The position numbers were made by a program, and so were the translations under genes. Positions 51,094 to 63,077 of a DNA stretch of 64,000 nt are shown here, piece by piece. Position 1 is the first letter of the stretch, and every line of letters starts with the position of its first letter. This DNA is from Azolla caroliniana (taxonomy: Eukaryota; Plantae; Polypodiophyta), in NCBI GenBank assembly GCA_043228905.1, contig JBHGNT010000013.1, positions 2,108,001 to 2,172,000 of the forward strand, in the 5' to 3' direction. The notes under the pieces are model-generated. The model had not been told where the DNA came from, searched no databases, and worked only from the letters and a program-made list of their open reading frames with translations.

Positions 51094-53694
51094 CACCATT
51101 TCCCCCCTTTGATGACGAGTTCCACGAGTCATAATGCATGAATTGGGGCTCGGCTTATTTGGATATTGACGATCATTAGGTGTATAACCTAACCAAGGAA
51201 CCCGTCAATACTGTTTCTAATGCTCAAGCTCTTGTCGACGACTTCATGGACATAAACATCATGGCTTCACCGAGGCTTGAACCCAAGACCTTGTAATACA
51301 TAATGAAGAACCCAACCATTAAGATATCCTATGATTATATGAGATGATAAAGGCTACTTCTTGTAATACACCGATTATTGTATATACTCAGGAACATTAT
51401 CCTAGAACATCTTAGAATATTCTAGGTCTAGAACATTATAGAAATCTCTACGCTATTCTATAGGAACCTATAAAAATAGGGGCATACATGTATTCTCAAA
51501 TCAATACCAATCTTAAGCTCTCATCGCCTATCTTGTGTCAAGGCCTTAGCTTGACAAAAGAAGATTGAACAAGAGAGGAAAAGAAAGAGAGAACAATGGC
51601 GATATTTTAATTATAATAGGAAATTATACAAAAGGAAGAACTAGAATATTTGACAAACACTGGTGTTGAACTAGAATGGTTCTAACAATCCAATATGTCC
51701 TATTTATATAGGAGTAGTATGTGCCCCTTGGATGTTTGTAGGGTCATGATACCCTTTGGGATGTTGTAGGGTCATGATACCCTTTGGGATATTGAAGAGT
51801 CTTGGCACCCTTTGGGATATTGAAGGGTCTTGGCACCTTTTGGGATATTGAAAGGCACCCTTTGGATATTTATAGGTTTACATTATCAATATTATAATAA
51901 AGTAAATTATACTATCTTTACGTAAAACATATATAACCTAATGGCTAGAGTTGGGTGGTCCTCTTTAGGAGGTCACGGGTTCGAGTCACCCTAAACCTCA
52001 TGGGGTTTCATCTAATCATCACACCATCTCCCTCCTTTGATGACGAGTTCCACGAGTCATAATGCATGAATTGGGGCTCGACTTATTTGGATATTGACGA
52101 TGAAATTCAGCTACAAGATCAGAGGTGTTGTCAAGGTTCTCGGCTAGTTCCCAAGTACGATCATTAGGTGTATAACCTAACCAGTCGACGAGATAATAAA
52201 GCTTCTTACGTACTATCTTGAAGTCCAAAACAACTTTGACTTCAAATTTTGGGCCGGAAACAAGTTGAACCGGAGGTGGGGGTAGAACAACCCGATTTAG
52301 AATGGAACTAGCATTGTAAGGTTCCAACAATGAGACATGAAATACTGGGTGTAGATGCATGTGTGGGGGAAGATCAAGGCAAAATGCAACATCATTGATT
52401 TGATGAGAGATAATAAATGGACCAAGCCGTTGATAATAAATGGACCAAGTGTAAAAAATCCACCCAATCATCCTGTTGATAATTGATGAAACATCAAAGA
52501 TATTGTTCTAGAGTTTTATTTGTGCGTCTGTTTGACCGTCACTTTGTGGATGATAGCTTGAAGAAAGTTTACAAGAGACTTTGAGCATCTCAAGCAACTG
52601 TTTCCAGAATTTTGAGATGAATTGTGCGCCACGATCACTAATGATGTCATTTGGAAGACCATGAAGCTGAAATACTTCTTTCATAATGATGTCTGTAGTT
52701 TCTATACTATTGATAGTTTTCGTGCATGGAAGAAAATGCGTCATCTTTGTGAATCGATTTATTACAGTGAGGATAGCATCAAAACTCTTTGAAAAGTGAA
52801 GATCTATTATAAAGTCCACAGAGATGGATTTCCACGAACCAGTAGGAACTGGCCATGGATGTAATAACCCATATGGTCGATGTCGTGGAATCTTTGATCG
52901 ACAACACACGTCACAAGTACGAACATAATCCTCAACAAACTCCCGAAGATGAGGCCACCAATAGTTTCGAGAAACTAGCTCCAAAGTTTTGTGGATTCCA
53001 AAGTGACCAGCCATTGGGTTGTCATGACAATATTGCATTACTTGGAGTCGAGATGAACCATTGGGGATATACAAAAGAGTGTTACGAAAAAGTAACCCAT
53101 TTTTCCATTGAAATTGGTTATAATCTTTACAAGGATACTTGGATTTTGAAGAAGATGCACGATCTGAAATGATATGATTCAATACATCTTGAGGAAATTC
53201 ATCAGAAATGATACCTATTTGCATTGAATCAAGGAGCCTAGAATCTTCAAGTGCTTTAGAGGCATTAATAGTCAATAGTCGAAACCGATCAGGCCCTAGG
53301 ATGACTTGCTTTTGATGATCAAATGTGGGCTCACCTGGTTGTGGTGCTAAATAAGATCGTCATGATAAAGAGTCTACCTTTCCTTGTTGTACTCGAGGGA
53401 AATATGTGATGAGGAAGTCAAAATGCGTCAGGAATTGTGTCCAACGAGCTTGGCTTCAACTCAAGACTCTAGCATTTTGAAAGTATGTGAGGTTTTTATG
53501 ATCATGGTAAACAATGATTTGGTGGGGAGAACCTTCTAAGAGATGCCTCCATTGTTCAAACGAATCTAGAATGGCGAGGAGCTCTTTGTCGTGATTCTCA
53601 TAATTGATCTCTGCAGCTTCGAATTTGCGTGAATGGAAAGCAATTGGATGCAGCTTTCCGTCATCTCCAACCTGCGACAAGATACTTTGTAGTG

Positions 53695-53730
53695 AACACG
53701 TTCGCGTTCACAAGTGGAAGGATTGCGCAT
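53695..53730 (+). repeat. Left TIR
   Basis: AACACGTTCGCGTTCACAAGTGGAAGGATTGCGCAT. Confidence 0.95.
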
Positions 53731-54064
53731 TCCACTGGTAGAATCTTCTTAAAACGAAGCAAATACACCCTCTCTACAATAATTGGATGCACTAGTATCA
53801 CATGTTCCTCAACTTGATAAGAATTTGCAAATATAAAAATACATGATAGATCTACGAGTGGAGATCATTAGAAATCATGCAAGTTTAGACATGTTGATAA
53901 GTTAATGTAGGCATAATAAAGTTCAACTATGGCTCAATATGGCACTATTGTGCGACAAGGTAAACACTAACTTAAAGACTTATATTAATTAGGTAGGTTT
54001 TACAAAAATATGAGGTGTACTTGTATCCATACTAATAAAATGAGATATAATTTATACTTTGACC

Positions 54065-54350
54065 CATACGTGCATGTATGTAATTGTGGAAAATGTAGGA
54101 TAGTGCACATTAGGATAAGTGATTGGAATAACTAACTTATTAAAGTATTCAATACTTGTATTAAAAGTTGATCTAATCTATTCCTCAATTTGTTCATATG
54201 GGATCAAACCATATGTGTATATAATTGTGCACAATGTAAGGCAGTGAACTTTAGGATAATGTCGTGGAAATAACAAACCTATTAGGCTTTCATACCTGTA
54301 TTTAAAATTGATCTACTCTATTGCTTAGGTGATTCACACAAGATCAAACT
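54065..54350. repeat. Imperfect ~140-bp direct repeat (2 copies), subterminal
   Basis: AATTGTG at 54082/54223, TTGATCTA at 54168/54308, GATCAAAC at 54202/54342. Confidence 0.6.
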
Positions 54351-54742
54351 CCGAACGATAACGCAACTGGAACCATTATCAACACACTACACAATCTAAG
54401 CAGCAATGGAATAGAAACATAATAGTTTTAACAATATAAGACAAAGATCCATAATAACAACATGGACAGTCATGGCAACAATTATAGGGCCATGTTCTGT
54501 TAAGGTTAGCTTGCACCAAAATTAGCCTCCATTTAAACTAGTTCATGTTTCTCCATAAGTTTGGTAGTCAGCTATGCACGAGGTGAAACCAATATCATAA
54601 ATCTACTAATCAAGTATATAAAAATAAAATTGAAACATATAGAAGATTATAAAGAATAGAATCCACTAGGTAAAACCCAAAATTTGTATTAATAATGTGA
54701 AATCTTAACAAATCGTCAGTGTCATATTCTTTATAGAGTCTA

Positions 54743-57700
54743 TTACATAGCAATCAATTCATCAACGTCATTTTCTTCATCATCTTGTGTAGAACTGTCT
54801 TCGGCTATACGTGCATTGGTTTCCCCTGTTAGCCGAGCCAACGAAATATCTTCTATAAGCTCATCATCAAGCTCTATTAGCTCCCCCGGTTCGCCGGCTA
54901 ACGGAGGAATAGGCTCTTGCGAAGCAGGTTGAAACCTTTCTGTATTGGCGAGGTTCTTTGCACGGACCTCCTCATCCTGGTCTGGGCACTCCCACAAAGC
55001 CTTAATCCGCATATTAATAAATATAACTTGGTCCTCGTCCTTCTCCAATGCAACTGTATTTCTAAACAGCTTCAATGCACATGCTGACGTAGTTCCTATG
55101 ATGTAAGTAACAAGAAGATTTAGTTGTCAAACGAAAAAAAAGTGATTGGTTATCTCAAGATCGTTACCCTAGTTCGAGGAATACCTGTGCCAGAAAAGAG
55201 ATCTAATATCCAGTCTCCTTCGACAGAAAACATCTCGATCAAGCGCATCATAAGTCGTTGAGGTTTTTGGTATGGGTTGACAAGTCCCCGTTCTGTCGTG
55301 GTGACATGTCGCAATTTCCGAGTCACTACTGGATATACCAACAGATTTGAACCTCCCACTTCATTAGAATGCTCTTTGATTCTCTGTTTGTTAATTTCAT
55401 CGAAGTAGCCAACCGTTATGTATTCAATGGCATTAACGAACCGAAAAGTTGGCCCTCTATTTACATTGGTCTTGATCCTATAAAAAATAATTCATCGAGT
55501 TAAGAATAGATTCAACAACCTTAAGAATTGCAATATAATGAAAGACACCTATAAATAATCCTTACCATGCAAGGTTCTCGATGCCATGGCAACGAGATCT
55601 CAAAGCTTGAGCTACCGAGTACCCTTGGTCCATACTATGAAAGACAACTATTCGCCACAAGGATGCGGTCGTTAGCTCAGCGAAATCCTTGACCATCTTC
55701 TCCAATTGTTTAAACCTAAACGGTTCATCGTCGTATGATGACCCAGCCATTCGAAATCCGTAAGGAATATCCACAATCATTAGCGTATATTCCTTCTTTG
55801 GCACCTTCTGGATCAAGTCGATGACATCACCGCAAACCACATTGTAGTAAAGATCTCTCGTAATATCTTTTTTGTGGCTAAATTTTTTAAACGAGCCATC
55901 TTCCTCCATTTCGTACGCCTTGACTAAGCAACGATCCTTTCTTTTCTGGCTCGCTCAAGATGTGCAAGGAAGGATGTAGGGAAATCGTGTATATCCTTAA
56001 CTTCTCCTTGTTTCTTGCCTCGACACGGTTTCTAATAGAAGCAATAGGACATCAGGTATTATTATACAAGCTCTACATATGATGAAAGGGTAATGAAAAA
56101 ACATGAATACTAACCCAATCCTTGAATGCAATAAAATACTCTGATAACGCCTTATACGAAGACGTTAGAGGATAATCCTCGGTCACTTGTTCCCAAGTTA
56201 TACATCCAAGTTGTTTCATCATAACTTCTTGGATCTTCATGTACACCTTATGACTGTAAAATTAGAAATCAAGATTAGAACTTTGAATTACACCAGATAG
56301 ACTACAATTTCAGTATTTGAAAGACTTACTTATTGAACTCAGTGACCATTTCTTCAAGGCTTAAATCTTTCGCCACAACCCTTGACAAAACCGACACAAG
56401 AAGCTGCTCGTCCTTAATACCTTGCATCGCTCTCCATAGAGACAGCTTCATGTCGTTTGCCGCTTCTTCAATTGTCAAGTCAATTTTCTTGGCGGCTTGT
56501 GACTTTAATTCTAGTTGAGGGTCAACCCTACATTTCTTTTGTCGTTGACCCTTTACCTCATTCTCCCACATTGAGAAGATTTGATCTTGGAGGTCCCATA
56601 CTTCTCCATCTCTAAACGCCAATTGAAACCAAGACTCATACTTTCGAAGACCATCGGACCTAACATTATCATCTACCACAATGCCGACTTCATGCAGACA
56701 TTGACGTCGAAGGCCTGGATGTAACTTCACACCAAACTTTTGTTTCACATCTAAATACTCGTGGTGGAAGAACCGTATACGCTCAATAGACGACATTTTC
56801 TGCCTATAGTCATTATCATTATTATGGTCCCATGCCAACAGCTTAGCCTCTTCGGTTGTGAGCCCAACATAAATTTTGCACTCGGCATACTTGAAGAAGA
56901 AAGTGGTTGGATGTTCTCTCACAAGTTGCCGACGTGCCTCTGCTGAATGCGATCCACCAATGACAAAATAATTATATTGATCATGCTTTCTGATATCAAA
57001 ATCTTCAATGGTTTCACATTCTTCAGGATCTACCATAACAATAAAAGGCACCACAGTGGCATGAGGATTAATTTTCATTTTTTTCTTGAGATTTTGAACA
57101 TGCATGCGGTGAGGCTCTCTAATCTCAAGTGGTCTTCGACCTGTTTTTTCATCAATAGGGGGCCGATGGATGTGTGTTATAGGCAAATTAAATACTTGCC
57201 CTTTCTTGACCAGCTTCCGTTGCATTAACTCTCTCCTTATTTTATTCTGCTCGAATGACAAAACACCCGAGGCCAGCTCGGCTCCTGGCGTCCCCTTATT
57301 ATCCTCTTCTTCATTTTCACTTGTTGAATCCGTATCCAACATTTTCGTTGTCTTCTTCTTGGCTGGTCTTGACTGGACTTTGGATACCTTTTTTGTGGCC
57401 TTCAAGGGGGAGGGCTCTTCATCTCTTAGAGTTACATGGCCTTGTATATAAGGCCTCAGGGTAACAATCAGGTTTTGTGAGTTATCAAGTGCTTTTTTGA
57501 ACACTTCAGGCCCACAAGATTCCTTTACTAAAAGGTCTTCTGAAAGGAACACTTTACGTACCCCCTTGGAGCACTCTATCATTACCAGTATGTTGGCTGA
57601 ATCTGCATCTTCGTAGTCAAATCGTAGAATACGGCCATACATAAATGGGGTTTCTTTTCCAAGCTGCCCCTCACCCTTCTTCTTTGCTGTATACAATACG

Positions 57701-59150
57701 ACTTTTTTCTTTGAGTCGACATATTGCATACACCATTCCTTGTCCGTTAGATCTCGGTCTGGAAGGTCCGCCTCCAGTAGCGGCGACAAGTTTCTTTTGG
57801 CTAACATCACTATGTGGCTGAGATTTTCTCTCTTCGTTAAAGAGAAGCTTTTTTCCTCTCTTCATGGTCTCAGGAGCTACCTTGGTCTGGGCTTCGATTG
57901 GAGAACCTTGTATGCGAAGCTTAATTTTCTTCACGGGTCGGTCCGACAGGTTCTCAAACGACCTATTTAAGAAAGTATATGCAAAAACATAAGTTAGACA
58001 GTCACGTAGATTGAAGTTGTATATTATAATGAAGAACAGTTTCCAGGAGCAGTAACATATTCAAAAATCTATTATAGGCAGGGCTATTCAACCTAGAAAA
58101 TATATATCGTAATAAGTAAAACGGGTTATATATTCTTTTAAATAGTAGGTATGACTTATATAGATTCTAAACCTATATTGAGGAGAATTTGCCATAGTAA
58201 AGGCAATTTGTAGATCATTTTCTACTATTTTAAGCTAAAGTAGGTCATAAAACACCTATAATTAGAGCATGTATTTCTTTAAAAGTAAGTAAAGTCAACA
58301 TAAAAAAGACTGATTTTGCCAGACAATTTGATATCATTTCCACCCCATAAACGATTTTTCTCTCTCAAAGCCTTCTTATATACAGGGACTCGATACGCCG
58401 TATCGAGTTCGGGTTTAAAACCTACACTTTAAACACGAACTCGATACGCCGTATCGAGTTCGTGTTTAAAGTTTGAATTTTAAAAAGGAACTCGATACGC
58501 CGTATCGAGTTCCTATTTATAGTGTAGGTTTTAAACAGAAACTCGATACGGCGTATCGAGTTCGTGTTTAAAACCTACACTTTAAACAGGAACTCGATAC
58601 GCCGTACTCGGTACGCCGTATCGAGTTTCTGTTTAAAACCTACACTATAAATAGGAACTCGATACGGCGTATCGAGTTCCTTTTTAAAATTCAAACTTTA
58701 AACACGAACTCGATACGGCGTATCGAGATTCTTTTTGAAACCTACACTTTAAACACGAACTGGATACGGCGTATCGAGTTCGTGTTTAAAACCCACACTT
58801 TAAACACGAACTCGATACGGCGTATCGAGTTCGTGTTTAAAACCTACACTTTAAACATGAACTCGATTACAAAATATTTATGCACGAACTCGATACGGCG
58901 TATCGAGTTCGTGTTTAAAACCTACACTTTAAACATGAACTCGATACGGCGTATCGAGTTCATGTTTAAAGTGTAGGTTTTAAACACGAACTCGATACGG
59001 CGTATCGAGTTCGTGTATAAATATTTTGTATTGTATACATGAACTCGATACGGCGTATCGAGTTCTTGAGAAACGAAACATATTTATAAAAATGTCCACA
59101 GTGTCAGAGGCCTACCTGGAGTCCTCGCGCTCGATTCTCTTTGAAGACAT
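54743..59150 (-). pseudogene. Six-exon gene: ParB/Srx-like domain fused to a beta-class N6-adenine/N4-cytosine DNA methyltransferase (~970 aa; two apparent 1-bp frameshifts)
   Basis: Exons 59150-59116, 57962-56330, 56253-56115, 56031-55566, 55477-55185 and 55095-54743, all with GT-AG introns that join in phase. ParB-like YFVIGGSHSAEARRQL...TTEEAKLLAWDHN..RQKMSSIERI; MTase GDVIDLI...MIVDIPYG, NLAWIKTN..EY, NPYQKP.RLM.RLIEMFSVEGDWILDLFSGTGTT.ACALKLFRN.VALE. Confidence 0.88.
58386..59066. repeat. Array of palindromes (GAACTCGATACG-S-CGTATCGAGTTC), 51-bp period, ~13 copies plus partial ones, inside intron 1
   Basis: Copies at ~58386, 58437, 58488, 58539, 58590, 58654, 58706, 58757, 58808, 58886, 58937, 58988 and 59041; spacers are variants of CGTGTTTAAAACCTACACTTTAAACACG in either orientation. 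Confidence 0.95.
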
Positions 59151-59189
59151 GGTTGATCGTGTTGAAGTGGAGGCGGAGATCGCGCTTTC

Positions 59190-59305
59190 GTGCTTTGTGC
59201 TCTGAGTGCTTTGTGTGCTCTGTGTGCTCTCTACGTTCTGTGTGCTCTGTACGCTCTGTACGCTCTGGTGAGTGAAATATGACGAGGTCTTCCTATTTAT
59301 AGGGA
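59190..59305 (-). promoter_or_regulatory. TATA box and 5' UTR (9-bp repeats) of the ParB-MTase gene
   Basis: CCCTATAAATAGG on the minus strand at ~59292-59304, ~150 bp upstream of ATG 59150; ACAGAGCAC-like repeats at 59191-59267. Confidence 0.6.
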
Positions 59306-59973
59306 TTGAACACATTGGTTAAAGTAACCATAGTCACCTTAACCAATGTTGGTAACTTTGAGGATAGTTAGTTGGTAACCATAGTCACATTAACTAGAGT
59401 AACTTATGATTGTATTAATGATTACAAAGTCAAACTAACATATTGATCAATCTTTTATAGTCATAACAACCTACAATGACTTCAAAGGTTATGAAGGAGA
59501 CAATGATAGAGGTTCATGAATGTACCAATGATTGATTACTAAAAGCAACAATTTTTATGACTCTCAAATGTTATGTATTAAAGATGTGGGCATGAATTAA
59601 CCAATGATTGATAAGTCTAATATTTAAAATGGTGAGCATTAAAGAACCAATGCGTGAGACGTTCTATATCAAAATGGGTGCCATTAATTAGCCAATGATT
59701 TTAACATTAATCCAACATATTCAAGGCTTGTTAATGATTAGTTTTATATTTTACTTGATTTAACATCATTTAGATCTAGTTTATATAATGATTGATAATT
59801 TAAGTAAAATTACTTTATTAAAAATAATTTTTAGATGTATTGTATTAATAGAATATTACATAATATAGACATTCTATTGATTTGGCTTTTGTTTAGAGAG
59901 AAGTTTATGTTTAGGGAGGAGTATATGTTTAGAGAGGAGTATAACTTAGAGAGCCCTATCTAGACCTTAAGCC

Positions 59974-62754
59974 ATGAGTGAAGATTCACCGTTCTCGATT
60001 GAAGAATATTGTTTGTCATCAGACCCATCGTTTTCTACTGAAGAGTATTGTTTGTCAACAGAGTCACCATATTCGATTGAAGAATATTGTCTGTCGACCG
60101 ACTCACCATATTCTATCGAAGAATATTGTCTGAGCTCATCTACAGGGAATGTAAATAATGACACATGTGAAGAGTTCTCTATTGAAGAATACGATATTAA
60201 TAAAGATACCGAGAATGAAGGAAGTGCCCAGGAAACATTGAATAACATTGGCGATGGTCAGAACAGAGAATTAGACTGTAACAAGGTTACACCAACCTCT
60301 ATGCAGGAAGAGAAATCTGGGAGCCCTATGCATATTAGAAGAATCCCACGAAGAATTCGTCTGGCTAGATTTAGCTTGGTGACATCAGATAAACAGATTG
60401 GATTTGATGTCAACAAAATATGTTGTGCCCGTGGTTGTATGTCTATGATTGGAAAATCAAAGTTGTGAGAATTAAGGCGATACTATTTTTCGATGACCGG
60501 TGATGAGCATGACACTTACCTCGGATCACATATGCAACTAGTATCTGACAAATGTACGGGGATCAAAGTATCATTCGAGTATTATATCTTCCATGCGCAA
60601 CAGATATGTAGAGTTGCATTCAAAATTGCGTTATGTGTTAGTAACATGCGGCTACATAGAGTACAACAACGTCTACTTAGCGGGGATCAGATGCTCAATT
60701 GTAAAGAGGTTCCAAGTATGAAAGGTGCAATTGGAAGACTAGCTATTGGCTGGATGAAAACTTACTTTCAGTTAAATTGTGAAGTAATGCCCACTACAGG
60801 TAGGATGCATCTTTCGGATAATTATACCCGTCGGGAAGTTTATGATGTCTATCGATCTGAAATGCTGGGCTCACGTAATAAGTCTATCACCTATAGCCAA
60901 TTCACAAGATTATGGAGAGCTCGGTTTTCAAATGTTATTATTCCTCGTAAAGTACGTATGGGGTATTGCTCCATTTGTGCAAATCTTAAAAGTTTGGCTA
61001 AAGGTGCAAAGACATCAATGGAAAAGGATACGAGTAAGAAGTTACTACAAGAGCATCGTGAGGCACAATCCTTAGAACGAAGGAAGGCGATGCATCATAG
61101 AGAGAAGTGTTTGAAGAGGCCTGAACAATACATGTGCTTAATGATAGATGGCATGGACCAGAAGAAGACATGCTTGCCGCATATGCAGAGGCTCCCCAAA
61201 GATGTCAATGATGAGTTCCTTGTTCAAATGCACTTGGTGGGATGCTTGGCTTATAATAGGTCTGTTCGACCTCACGTCTTCATTACTTACCCCAATGTTC
61301 ACAATGACCCTAACCTAACAGTTACAGTGATTCACCGAGTTTTGATGTCTTGGGGACAACCTTTCCCCCCTGTTCTATACATTCAATTGGACAATACTGC
61401 TAGAGAGAACAAAAATTCAACTGTATTTGGCTATCTAAGTATGTTGGTCAACCTAGAATTGTTTAGGAAAGTGAAAGTCAATTTCCTTTTGGTTGGCCAC
61501 ACACATGACCATATAGATCAGATGTTTAGCACATTCTCCAGACAGTTGTCTCGGCATGATGCTTTCACTTTACCTAAACTATTTGATGTCATTTGTGATG
61601 CATATACACCACGCCCAAAAGTGTTACACTTGAAGGAGGTATATGACTTTAAGAGATATATATTAGATGGGGGTGGTGGGAATGTTAAAGTGCTTGCTCA
61701 GTTAAACAATATAAGTTTCAAACACATTTTTTTGATAAAGAAAAATGGAATAAGTGGTTCTACACTTTTGTATGCTAAACAATATTCATCTTCTACAACA
61801 TGGGAACCTGAAGGTGGTTGCCAGTTATTACTTTGTATGCCGAGTACAATTGTCCATGGAGCTAAGCAAATGCCAATTGAGAAGAAAGGACAGTTGCAGA
61901 GCGACTTGGTATCAGAACAAAAACGGTCATGGCTCCAAGCCTTAGAAGAAAAAAGAAAGCATATTGAGGCCGCCAAGAAATATGCCGCACAACAAGACAT
62001 GTCATGGTGGGATGTATTTTATAGCGATCAGAATGAAATTATAGACAATTGTGTATCTGTTGATAATTGGAATTTGGAAACGCCATTCACATGGTCGCTG
62101 CAACATGATCGCGTAAATAGAAGTCCGGAGCGACTAGTAAATGCGATTAATGACAGCTTGGTCCATCCACAACAAAGAGACATTTATGTGGGACCAAGGA
62201 TGACCAAAGCAGCCGAAGCTAGATGGCAAGGAAATTTGCAAGAGCTCACCGCGGGGATGTTGATTGCAACGCCGGCTGATGAGAACTCACATGGCCACCA
62301 ATTTTGGGTTGGTAAAATTCTAGAAGTGCTAATGCATGAAATAGAAAACACGATCAAGTCTATAAATGTTCATTGGTACAACACTAGAAGTGCAAATGCT
62401 TTTACAGGTAAGTATACATTGGAGATGATTGAATGCCAAACAAGAAGGGGAGGTAGGAAGAGGAAGCGAAACATTCGTAACACCTCGACCCTTGATATCT
62501 CTGATGTGGATATCATCGTGTACGACTTCACACTTACAAAAGCCGGACGATTAAGGAAGTCAACAATAGATATAATAAAAGAAAAATTACCAGGTCTACA
62601 AGGTGGCTCGAGTCAAAGGCAAACGAGATCTGCTACATATAATCTAGAGTCAAACCATTTGGTTTATGATGAAGATAATGCATTGATTGGTACATCCGAG
62701 GATGATGAGGAGGAATCGTCATTGTATATTAGTTATAGTAGTGATTCTCCGTAA
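59974..62754 (+). pseudogene. Sola1-like DDD transposase (926 codons; single in-frame TGA at 60466-60468)
   Basis: ORFs 59974..60468 and 60493..62754 share one frame; CCARGC, ICRVAF..L.VS..RL, CSIC, MIDGMDQKKTCLP (D at 61147), YIQLDNTARENKN (D at 61390), VGHTHDHIDQMFS (D at 61516); TIRs and 4-bp TSD agree with Sola. Confidence 0.85.
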
Positions 62755-63077
62755 AGGACTCTATCATGAATGTATATTTGGCTATTAAGTGTAACTACAT
62801 TCCGCTTGTAACAAATCGAGTAATATAAAATCATGTGTTTTGAATTCTTATGATTTCCCAAAAATCGTTTCTTATAAAATAACATTGGTTGTAAAGTTTG
62901 TGATATAAATTGAGAATGTACGTTTTTGAAATTCGTTTTTTTTTAGTTACTTCTAAATCACGAAAATAGTGGATTTTTAACCTTTTTCATAGTATGTTTG
63001 AACTTGTATGATATTGGTATCAATGTGTTTTGTAAAATCATTGAAAAACCCCTAAAATTACCCTTATCCTTCCATTT

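Noticed and set aside
55150-55185. ORF-track C-terminus IPRTRVTILR (and the similar ORF ends at 55562 and 56326)
   Set aside because: These are read-through into introns; splice donors (G|GTATT, TG|GTAAG, AA|GTAAGT) give the conserved continuation.
54743-57810. Bacterial contamination or prophage as the source of the ParB-MTase
   Set aside because: The gene has in-phase spliceosomal introns and a TATA box, and lies within TIRs and a TSD inside a plant retroelement.
58386-59066. CRISPR-like appearance (palindromic repeat with regular spacers)
   Set aside because: The spacers are variants of one sequence in either orientation rather than unique; there are no cas genes; the context is a eukaryotic intron.
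59112-59315. 67-aa ORF with QSTQST repeats
   Set aside because: It starts upstream of the TATA box; the repeats are better explained as 5' UTR, and only MSSKRIEREDSR is taken as exon 1.
60493-62754. Host nuclear gene, or a CACTA/hAT/Mutator transposase
   Set aside because: It is bounded by TIRs with a 4-bp TSD (not 3, 8 or 9 bp), has no CACTA terminus, and its motifs fit a DDD Sola-like enzyme.
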